From Chloroflexota bacterium (GTDB lineage: Bacteria; Chloroflexota; Anaerolineae; UBA1429): DNA of 64,000 bases. Below the pieces are notes generated by a model, which saw only the letters and a list, made by a program, of their open reading frames with translations, was not told the DNA's origin and made no database searches. A program made the position numbers and the translations under genes. Numbering within the stretch: the stretch's first letter is position 1; every line of letters starts with the position of its first letter. Positions 52,302 through 59,850 of the stretch are shown piece by piece. The stretch spans positions 39,675 through 103,674 of the forward strand of contig JAIOAW010000003.1 in assembly GCA_019873625.1 (NCBI GenBank). Direction: 5' to 3'.

Positions 52302-53591
52302 ATGGGCGAGGTCATCGAACCGAGGCGATCGCTCGAGGGGTTGGAACTCTATCACCTCCGCCAGCGTTGGGCACAGCCCGATATTGCCGATATCCCCCGC
52401 GCCACGTGGGAGGCGTTAGCCCGCACGGGGGCGCTGGAGCGCATCTCGCCGGGCGATGAAATTGCCATCACCGCGGGGAGCCGAGGCATCGCCTCGATGC
52501 CCACCGTGCTCAAGACGGTGGTGGCCGCCGTGCGCGCCGCAGGCGGCCGGCCGTTCATCTTCCCGGCGATGGGCAGCCACGGCGGCGGCACGGCAGAGGG
52601 CCAGCGCGCCCTCCTGGCCAGCCTCGGCATTGACGAGGCCTCGATGGGGGCGCCCATCCGCGCCACGATGGAGGTCATCCTCATCGGTGAGACGCCCGAG
52701 GGCCTGCCCGTGTATTTGGATGCCTATGCGGCGCGCGCTCAAGGGATCATCCTCGTCAACCGCATCAAAAAACATACGAATTTCGACGGCCCTTATGAGA
52801 GCGGCCTGGCCAAGATGGCCGTCATCGGTATGGGCAAGCACCGCCAGGCCGTGGCCATACACCAATATGGCAATGAGGGCCTGCGCACGCTCATCCCCAG
52901 CGCGGCCGGGGTCGTATTCGCCAAGGCGCCCATCCTCGCGGGGCTGGGGATCATCGAGAACGCCTGGGGCGGCGTGGCGGAACTCGTGGGCCTGCGCGCC
53001 GATGAGATTTTGGCCAAAGAGCCGGCCCTCCTCCAAAAGGCCAAGGCGTGGAGCGCCAAAATCCCTTTCCATACGCTCGATATCTGCATCGTCGAGCGGA
53101 TGGGCAAGGAAATCAGCGGCACGGGGATGGATTGCTACGTCATCGGGCGGCGGCGCATCATCGGCGAGCCGGAATGGCCCGAAGCGCCAGTCATCCGTTC
53201 GCTCGTGCTCCTTGACTTGACGGAGGCCAGCCATGGCAACGGCCTGGGCGTGGGGCTGGCCGATTTCGTTTCAGAGCGGCTCGTGCGCAAGATAGACTGG
53301 CGCGTTACGCGGGCGAATATCCTGACCTCCGGCAACCTGGAGCGCGGCAAACTCCCCCTCGTATACGCCACTGACCGCGAGGCCCTAGAGGCGGCCGCCT
53401 TCCGAGAGCGCCACACGCCCGTGCCGCAACTGCGCCTGGCCTGCATCCGCGATACGCTTCACCTGCGAGATTTGCTCGTCTCCGCGCCGCTGGCTCAGGA
53501 GGCGCGCGAACGCGAGGATCTCGAGGTGTTGGAGGGGCCGTTCCCGCCGCCCTTTGACGCGGAAGGCAACTGGCATTCGCGCTTTCAGTAG
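52302..53591 (+). CDS. LarA-like (DUF2088, lactate-racemase-family) protein.
   Basis: 429 aa. The segments GSRGIA...AMGSHGG...RIKKHTNFDG match a LarA-like pattern. Assignment is by pattern memory only. Confidence 0.45.
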   Translation: MGEVIEPRRSLEGLELYHLRQRWAQPDIADIPRATWEALARTGALERISPGDEIAITAGSRGIASMPTVLKTVVAAVRAAGGRPFIFPAMGSHGGGTAEGQRALLASLGIDEASMGAPIRATMEVILIGETPEGLPVYLDAYAARAQGIILVNRIKKHTNFDGPYESGLAKMAVIGMGKHRQAVAIHQYGNEGLRTLIPSAAGVVFAKAPILAGLGIIENAWGGVAELVGLRADEILAKEPALLQKAKAWSAKIPFHTLDICIVERMGKEISGTGMDCYVIGRRRIIGEPEWPEAPVIRSLVLLDLTEASHGNGLGVGLADFVSERLVRKIDWRVTRANILTSGNLERGKLPLVYATDREALEAAAFRERHTPVPQLRLACIRDTLHLRDLLVSAPLAQEAREREDLEVLEGPFPPPFDAEGNWHSRFQ

Positions 53592-53872
53592 TGCGCGAAA
53601 AGGTCCGTGTTAAGGACGAACACCGTCGCCCGATGGGGCGGATGGGTGGGCGGGGCCAGGGAGGGATCGAGCGGTGGGCCGGCGTTCTTGTCGATGATAT
53701 CGAGCGCCTGAGTCACCCGGTGATCATCCAGCCCGATGAGAAGGGTTACGTATCCCCTTCGCCAGAACCCCCCTGTGGAACTGATGCGAGTTACGCTAAA
53801 CCCCTCTTGGTTCAGCGCAGAAGTCACGTCGGCCGCATAATCATCGCGTACGATGGCAAGGATGAGTTTCAT
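53585..53872 (-). CDS. PII-like cyclic-di-AMP receptor (DarA/PstA, DUF970-like).
   Basis: The sequence MKLILAIVRDDYAADVTSALNQEGFSVTRISSTGGFWRRGYVTLLIGLDD...ATVFVLNTDLFAHY aligns along its whole length with B. subtilis DarA (MKLIVAIVQD...TTGGF...VFV). The ATG follows GAAGGGGGT. Confidence 0.6.
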   Translation of the reverse strand: MKLILAIVRDDYAADVTSALNQEGFSVTRISSTGGFWRRGYVTLLIGLDDHRVTQALDIIDKNAGPPLDPSLAPPTHPPHRATVFVLNTDLFAHY

Positions 53873-53937
53873 GCTGACCCCCTTCTTTGGTTGGGCAGTA
53901 TTCGGTTTTACGGCATTGTTCCGGCGTGGCTCGCGTA

Positions 53938-56900
53938 TCAACTCGGGGAGGATGCGACGATAACAGGTATAAAGAACACCTCCTCACCGCATTGCAGGCC
54001 CAGGCGGCACGGTTCGGTTGGGGGGTAAGGGCCATTCCACTGCACGGCCAGGCGCACGCTCTTGCCGGGTTTGATATCCACCCGATCGCGCGGCAAGGCA
54101 AGGTAGGGCGGTTCGGCCCACAAGGTGATATGCGCGGCGGCCAAACCTCGGTTGTGAAGCACCAGCCGCCCTTGCGGGGCAGCACCCGGCTCGGGCGCCG
54201 TTAAGCGCAGTTCTTGAGGAACCTCGAGTTCGGGGGAGCGTTCGACGCTCAGTGCGGCCTCGATGTTCAGGTCTCCGCCGTTACTTTCCACCGTGATGAG
54301 CGCCACGTCATGAGGGGCTTCGGCGGGGAATTCCTCCATATCGCTCCTCACGTGGATTTCGACGGAGCGCCCTGTGGGGCACTCGAAAGAAACGCGGTCG
54401 AGCACCAGCCAGAGGCGGTCGGCGCGGAGGGTGCCTTTGAGCGTGCCCAGCCCATAATTGAAGAGGCGGAAGGAGCCGCTCACCGGCGCCAGGTTGCGCG
54501 AGGTGCCCAAATCCAGCCGAGGCGTGTCGGTCGAGAGGCGCGGCGAGGCGATGCCGGCCCGCAGGGGGATTTTGGCCCGGCCGCCGTCGCTCGTGATAAT
54601 AAGCGCCCCTTGGGCGCCCTCGGCGCCCGGTTCGATGGCCAGAGCGTAGGCCGTCAGCGTGAGAGGGGCGGCCTCTCCCGGCGCGCAGGTGCCTTCGCGG
54701 GGAGAGATTTCCAGCCAGAGGGCGTCCGTCTGGGCGACCCAGGCAAGAGGCCCTGTGCCCTCGTTGGCGAGGGTGACGATCCGCGTGGCCGGCTCGACGG
54801 GGTCGAGATAGCCGAAATCCACCGCTTCGGGTTCCACGTGCAGGGCCGGCTGTTCGACCAGGAGCGAGGCGCTCACTTCAAAGGTGCGCGGCCCCGCCGC
54901 GATGCGCAGGGCTGCGGGCACCTCTAACGCCTGGCCGCGCGCGAAAAAGGCCGTGTTCGCCCGGATGGAAAGGGTTACACTCCCCTGGGGCGGGCAATGC
55001 ACCCACTCCCGTTCGGGGGAGAGCCACTCCACTTGCGGCTGAAGGTGCGCATCGAACGGGGCGGAGCCTTCGTTCCGCAAAGTCAAGGGGCGCGTCGCGC
55101 TCTCGCCGAGGGGCACGGTGCCAAAATCGAGGTGCCGCGTCTCCAAAATGGGGAGAGGGTTCACCACCTGGGCGCGCAGAGAAAGGGTGGCCGTGCCGCC
55201 GTTCGTTTGCACGCGCACGGCCTGCGGCACTTCGAGGAGGCCATCTCGCACCGCAGAGGCATCCAAGGTGACGGAGCACGGCACGAGTTCCCCTGGCGGG
55301 CAGCGGAACTCTTGCGGCGAGACCGCTAGCCAGGGCACCAGGCTGCGGCAGGTGCCCACAAGCGGGGCATCTCCGGTGTTGCCGATGAAGAGGAGCCGTT
55401 CGGCCGCCTCGCCGCCCCGCACGGTGCCGAAATCCATATGCAGGGCGCCCAGGTCCAATTCGGCCACCTGCCGCCAGGCGCGCACGGCGATGCGCGCTTG
55501 GCCGCCATCCGTATCGAGCAGGAGGCCCTCTTCGACGGCTTGCTGCCCGCGCGGCATTTTGGCCGCCTCGGCGTGCACCTGCAGGCGCAAAGCGCTGCCC
55601 GGCGGGCAGCGGAAGGCCATCGGCTCTGGGCGCAGCCAGGGGAGCCGGGAGACGGCCTGGCCCGTCAGCATCTGCCGGCCGATGTTCTTGACCGTCAAGG
55701 CGAGCGTGCCGCGCCCTTCCCCTTGGAAGGTGCCGAAATCGAGCGCCAACGGTTCCACCTCGAGCACTGGCCCGACGTAGGTCTCCGCCGTAACGCCCAC
55801 CCATTGACGGCCGGCGTTGCCCTCGACGGAGAGGGCCTGCGGTTCGATGGTGCGGCCGGGGGTAAGGCCGTCAGCCAAGAGGGTAACGATGACTTGGGCC
55901 TGTTTGCCCGGCGCTAGGCGAAAGGCCTGGGTGGGCGCGCGCAGCCAGGGGACGTGGCTCACGATATGCCCGGCCCATTCCCCTTCGCCGGCGTTATGCA
56001 ATTTGAGCACGAGCCGGCGTTTTTCGCCCATCTTGAGGTCTGTGGCCTTGAGCGCCAGGGGTTGGATGGATAGCCGGGGCAGGGGTTGCGGTTCCGCTTC
56101 GATAGCCGTCTTGATCGGCGGCGGCGCGGGCTGAACCCCATAGCGCGGGTCTGGGATGAAGCCCAAATCCACCATCGAGGGGATGTCTCCGGCAGTTGCC
56201 GAGGGTGCGAGCACTGGGCGCACGTTGGCGCCGGCCGATGAGGCTTGCGCGAACCAATCGGCCACCGGCGTGAGCGGCCCACGGGGCGGCTCCCAAAGGG
56301 CGTCTCGCAATTCGGCCAGGGAGGCGAAGCGTTGGGCGCTATCGCGCTCGGCGGCGCGGGCGATGGTGCGCACCAGTTGCGCCGAGATGCCCGGCACGGC
56401 CTGCCGCAAGGGAATGGGGCGGGCCAGGCCCCTTTCCAAGGGATATTGGATGAGCAGGGCATAGAGGGTGCGCCCTAGGGCAAAGCCATCGGTGAGCGGG
56501 CTAGGGGGCGTGCGGCCCAATTCGGGGGCCGCATAGCCCGGGAGGCTCCCATAGGGGCCATATGCCGTGGGGTTAAAGAACTGCCCCAGGCCAAAGCCCA
56601 CGATTTTCACCACGCCCTCCGTGCTCACGATAAAGTGGGCCGGCGCCAGGAATGGCGCATAGAGGGGAGGGTTCTGGCTATGCAAGGTGTGGAGCGCATC
56701 CGCCAACTGGGCGCCCCAATTGCGCGCCAGGTCTGGCGTAACGCGCAGGCCGCTCTCTTCGATGAGGCGCTGGCCGCTCCAGCCGTTCACAAATTCCAAG
56801 ATGACATAATATCGGTCGCGTTCGGCGAACCAATCCAAGATGCGCGCGAGGCCCGCGTGCTCTACGCGCCCCCAACGTTCCAGGGCGGTATAGAGGGCGC

Positions 56901-57267
56901 GCTCTGCCTCACGGCGCTCATCGGGCCGGAACATAGCGACGGCCGAAATCTCTTTGACGCAGACCGTTTGGCCCGTTCGGCCATCGGTGGCGCGATAGAC
57001 GGCCGTTACGCGGCCAGAGGCGAGGGGTTCGCGGAGGATGTATCGGTCGCGCAGCGTGCGCTGTTCGGGGGCACCGCGAAAGAGGTCTGCAAACGAACGC
57101 GCATCCGCAGAGGCGGCGTCACAGCGGGCGCAGCGGGGCACATACCACGGCCGGGGCGTTCCGCAAATGGGGCAGTATTGGACGAGGGGCGCGCGGCAAT
57201 AGGCGCAGGCCGTAGCCCCTGGGTCGTTGAGTTGATTGCACTTGGGGCATCGGAGTTTCGTCGCCAT
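53938..57267 (-). CDS. Double zinc-ribbon / Ser-Thr pseudokinase / seven DUF1573 (ASH, PapD-like beta-sandwich) repeats. Cytoplasmic.
   Basis: The zinc ribbons are CPKC..CAYC and CPIC..CARC. The kinase fold has VCVKEI and APEL, but the HRD position reads LYAPFLAPAH and the DFG position reads GFG. Seven repeats of about 100 aa follow the pattern L(D/H)FGTV..G......L.L.N.G. Confidence 0.7.
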   Translation of the reverse strand: MATKLRCPKCNQLNDPGATACAYCRAPLVQYCPICGTPRPWYVPRCARCDAASADARSFADLFRGAPEQRTLRDRYILREPLASGRVTAVYRATDGRTGQTVCVKEISAVAMFRPDERREAERALYTALERWGRVEHAGLARILDWFAERDRYYVILEFVNGWSGQRLIEESGLRVTPDLARNWGAQLADALHTLHSQNPPLYAPFLAPAHFIVSTEGVVKIVGFGLGQFFNPTAYGPYGSLPGYAAPELGRTPPSPLTDGFALGRTLYALLIQYPLERGLARPIPLRQAVPGISAQLVRTIARAAERDSAQRFASLAELRDALWEPPRGPLTPVADWFAQASSAGANVRPVLAPSATAGDIPSMVDLGFIPDPRYGVQPAPPPIKTAIEAEPQPLPRLSIQPLALKATDLKMGEKRRLVLKLHNAGEGEWAGHIVSHVPWLRAPTQAFRLAPGKQAQVIVTLLADGLTPGRTIEPQALSVEGNAGRQWVGVTAETYVGPVLEVEPLALDFGTFQGEGRGTLALTVKNIGRQMLTGQAVSRLPWLRPEPMAFRCPPGSALRLQVHAEAAKMPRGQQAVEEGLLLDTDGGQARIAVRAWRQVAELDLGALHMDFGTVRGGEAAERLLFIGNTGDAPLVGTCRSLVPWLAVSPQEFRCPPGELVPCSVTLDASAVRDGLLEVPQAVRVQTNGGTATLSLRAQVVNPLPILETRHLDFGTVPLGESATRPLTLRNEGSAPFDAHLQPQVEWLSPEREWVHCPPQGSVTLSIRANTAFFARGQALEVPAALRIAAGPRTFEVSASLLVEQPALHVEPEAVDFGYLDPVEPATRIVTLANEGTGPLAWVAQTDALWLEISPREGTCAPGEAAPLTLTAYALAIEPGAEGAQGALIITSDGGRAKIPLRAGIASPRLSTDTPRLDLGTSRNLAPVSGSFRLFNYGLGTLKGTLRADRLWLVLDRVSFECPTGRSVEIHVRSDMEEFPAEAPHDVALITVESNGGDLNIEAALSVERSPELEVPQELRLTAPEPGAAPQGRLVLHNRGLAAAHITLWAEPPYLALPRDRVDIKPGKSVRLAVQWNGPYPPTEPCRLGLQCGEEVFFIPVIVASSPS

Positions 57268-57386
57268 CGCCCTTGATCCCGTAACTGCCTTCTCGTGGAG
57301 ACGTCCTCACGGGGCACATCACGCGGCATCGCCTCCGCTGAGATCACCGAAAAATAAAGGGAACAGCCTTTTTCGAGGCTCGCCTG

Positions 57387-57415
57387 TATTATAGCGATGG
57401 ATGGGGTTGTGTCAA
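57387..57415 (-). promoter_or_regulatory. Consensus sigma70 promoter (TTGACA-17-TATAAT on the minus strand) for the pseudokinase operon.
   Basis: Read directly. It is followed within about 7 nt by a hairpin AGCCU-CGAAAA-AGGCU (57364-57379) and a U-rich tract, at the start of a leader of roughly 110 nt. Confidence 0.6.
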
Positions 57416-57428
57416 AGCACCCCGGTAA

Positions 57429-57458
57429 GGGGCTGCCGAAGGGGAAATCGGCAGCCCC
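57429..57458 (-). terminator. Perfect 11-bp stem hairpin downstream of the flavin reductase gene.
   Basis: The hairpin is ggggctgccga-aggggaaa-tcggcagcccc. It has no obvious U-tract. Confidence 0.5.
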
Positions 57459-57475
57459 AGGCCAATGGAGGAACG

Positions 57476-57994
57476 TCAGGCGCCCGGCACGGCGAAAGTG
57501 CCAAGGATTTCGCCATAGTAGAGGCGGTGGTAGTCTTTCCCGCCGTAGGAGGTGGCCTCGACGGCAGGATCCAGGTGGGCGGGGATGACATCGTTGTAAT
57601 GGATCACGCGGCACTCGTACACGATGGGGCAGGCATCAATCGTGACGGCCTCGACGAGTTGCCCACGGCTTATGGAGATGTTGTAGGCCGCGAATTTATC
57701 CACCGTGCGGCCGCTGCGGCTGCCGCAAAAGCCCACCCATTCGCGGAGCGCCTCGGAGGGCACGTTGACGGTGAACACCTTGGAATCTTCGATGAATTCG
57801 TAGGTATAGCGAGAAGGGCGCACGAGCACCACGAAGCAGGGCCTGCCCCAGATGATGCCCACTGTGCCCCAGCCGATGGTCATCACGTTCGAGGCGCCCG
57901 AGCGCTTTGTCGAGGCCAGGAGAAGGCCGGGGTTGCTCAATAGCGAAAGCGTCTTATCCAATTGGAAGGTAAAGGGCACGCGCGTGCGTTCCAT
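57476..57994 (-). CDS. Flavin-reductase-like FMN-binding split-barrel protein.
   Basis: 172 aa. The segment ASNVMTIGWGTVGIIWGRPCFVVLVRPSRYTYEFI matches the flavin reductase family. The ribosome-binding site is AAAGGAG. Confidence 0.65.
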   Translation of the reverse strand: MERTRVPFTFQLDKTLSLLSNPGLLLASTKRSGASNVMTIGWGTVGIIWGRPCFVVLVRPSRYTYEFIEDSKVFTVNVPSEALREWVGFCGSRSGRTVDKFAAYNISISRGQLVEAVTIDACPIVYECRVIHYNDVIPAHLDPAVEATSYGGKDYHRLYYGEILGTFAVPGA

Positions 57995-58040
57995 AGAATC
58001 TCCTTTCTATACTGGTCGTTCGAGGTGTGCGAAAGAGGCG

Positions 58041-58068
58041 TTGACAACCCTATGGGCGCTATTATAAT
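58041..58068 (+). promoter_or_regulatory. Consensus sigma70 promoter TTGACA-16-TATAAT upstream of dprA.
   Basis: Read directly. It lies 34 nt upstream of the ATG. Confidence 0.6.
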
Positions 58069-58101
58069 CACGCTGAGTAGGGTTCACAACAAGGGTGTGC
58101 G

Positions 58102-59157
58102 ATGGCGTATTCAGAGGCTGCCTATTGGCTGGCGGCGCTTTCGGCGCAAGCGCCCCCTCGGCGCGTGGTCAAACGAGCGCTCTATGCCTGGTGCATCGAG
58201 GGAGGGCGGTCAGCGGCGGACCTTTTCGGGGCTTCCGCTGAGGATATCGCGCAAGAGTGCGCCATACAGCCGGACGAGGCGCGGGCCATCCTAGCGGCGG
58301 GTGCTTTATTAGAACGCGCCCAAAGGTCGCTGGACGAGTTGGCCCGGCGGGGGGCGCGCGTGGTTACGCGGGCCGATGAGGCTTACCCGGACGATTGGGC
58401 GCGCCTCGGCGAGGAATGGCAACCCTATTATGCCGTTTGCCGGGGCGATTTGGCCATCTTGACCGAGCCGGGGGTGGCCGTGCTGGGCGCAACCCACCCC
58501 GATGCGGAGACGGCCAGCCTGGCCCAGGCGCTCGCGCAGTGGCTCGCCGCAGAGGGGCACTACCTCGTGGGCGGGTATGACGAGGGCGTAGACCGCCTCG
58601 CCCTCGAGGCCGCCGCGCAGGCCGGCGGCGCTACGGTGCTCGTCTTGGCGGAGGGGTTGCTGCAGAATCGGCCCCTCCTCGAGGCGGAAGGGGCGCGCCC
58701 AGGGGCCTTGCGGCTTGTGCTCAGCCCATTCGCGCCCGAGGCGCCTCGGCGAGAAAATCAGGCCGTGGCACGGCGGGCGCTCATCTTGGCCCTGTGCGGG
58801 GCTGCCTTTTTCCTGGCGCCCGATGAGGGGCCGGAGCGCTGGCCGCTCATCGGCGAACTTGCGCGCGGGGGGCTGGGCCTTTTTCTGTGGCAAAGGGGTG
58901 AGGAGCCGCTCCCGCCCGAATGGGCTGCGCTCGGCGCGCGGCCCTTCAGGGGGCTGGGGGACCTGCGCTATGCCCCGCCCACGGAGGCGGCGCCCCTCTT
59001 GCGCCTGGGAGAAGCGGAGGCCGAAGGCCCTGAAGCGCCGCCCATCGCCTTTCGAGATGCTCAAGAGGCCATTGCCCGCCTGGGCCAAACGGGCAAGGTG
59101 CCCGAGAAACTGGCCAAACGCCTGCGCGCGACGCTGCCCAAAGGCTCGGCGGAATGA
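58102..59157 (+). CDS. dprA: DNA-processing protein DprA/Smf-like.
   Basis: The Rossmann DprA-domain pattern is GVAVLGATHPDAE...LVGGYDEGVDRLALEAA..AGGATVLVLAEGL...RENQAVARRALILALCGAAFFLAPDEG. Confidence 0.6.
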   Translation: MAYSEAAYWLAALSAQAPPRRVVKRALYAWCIEGGRSAADLFGASAEDIAQECAIQPDEARAILAAGALLERAQRSLDELARRGARVVTRADEAYPDDWARLGEEWQPYYAVCRGDLAILTEPGVAVLGATHPDAETASLAQALAQWLAAEGHYLVGGYDEGVDRLALEAAAQAGGATVLVLAEGLLQNRPLLEAEGARPGALRLVLSPFAPEAPRRENQAVARRALILALCGAAFFLAPDEGPERWPLIGELARGGLGLFLWQRGEEPLPPEWAALGARPFRGLGDLRYAPPTEAAPLLRLGEAEAEGPEAPPIAFRDAQEAIARLGQTGKVPEKLAKRLRATLPKGSAE

Positions 59158-59211
59158 TCGGGTTGGGCCGACCTAGGGATCTGCCCACCACACTGCTCAA
59201 AAGGGGTGACG

Positions 59212-59850
59212 ATGAACTTTCCCGATCGCCTTGATTTGAGCCAGGCCCTTCCGCCCTGGCTGCGGAGTTTGCTTTCGCTGGGGTTGACCATCAGCGCGGC
59301 GGTGCTCTATGCGGGGGTGCTCGGCATCGCCATCGTGCGCACCTGGCAAGAGCCAGACCCAGCCTTCTCTTCGACGATGGTGCGCGCTGCGAGCGTGCTC
59401 AGCGGGTTAGTGGGGGGCGTGGTGGCCGCCGGGTTCTCGCAGAGCCGCCGGCAGGTGCCCATCCAGGTGAAGGCGCAGGCGCCCGATGACCCCTCTCAAG
59501 AGGTCACTTGGACCACATATCGCCCCGTATCCCTCTTTAAGCGCAATTTTCTGGGCCTGGGGCGAACCCTCGGTATGCCGGTGTTCTCGCTTGGCCTCCA
59601 ATTCTCCTCGGATGACGAGGAACCCGCCCTTCCCCCGGAGGAGGCCATCCGCGAGCCGGCAGCCAACAAACTTGTGATGGGGGTGGCCCTCCTCTATTTC
59701 GTGATCTATTTCGTGGTGGGGGTGGCCGCTTTTGCCCTCACCCTTTTGCGCCCCACCGTGCCCGAGATCATCTCCAACGCGGGTTGGGTGTGGCTGGGCA
59801 CGGTGGCTACGGCGGGCTACTCGTTCTTTGCGCTGGATAGCCAGGCCTAG
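59212..59850 (+). CDS. Hypothetical membrane protein.
   Basis: Four predicted transmembrane helices. No recognisable motif. The ATG is 6 nt after AAAGGGG. Confidence 0.3.
   Translation: MNFPDRLDLSQALPPWLRSLLSLGLTISAAVLYAGVLGIAIVRTWQEPDPAFSSTMVRAASVLSGLVGGVVAAGFSQSRRQVPIQVKAQAPDDPSQEVTWTTYRPVSLFKRNFLGLGRTLGMPVFSLGLQFSSDDEEPALPPEEAIREPAANKLVMGVALLYFVIYFVVGVAAFALTLLRPTVPEIISNAGWVWLGTVATAGYSFFALDSQA

Noticed and set aside
57119-57322. A 67-aa ORF in the pseudokinase leader and N-terminus region, considered as a possible leader peptide.
   Set aside because: It overlaps the kinase coding sequence in another frame, has no ribosome-binding site at a sensible distance, and is Arg/Pro-rich like GC-driven spurious ORFs.
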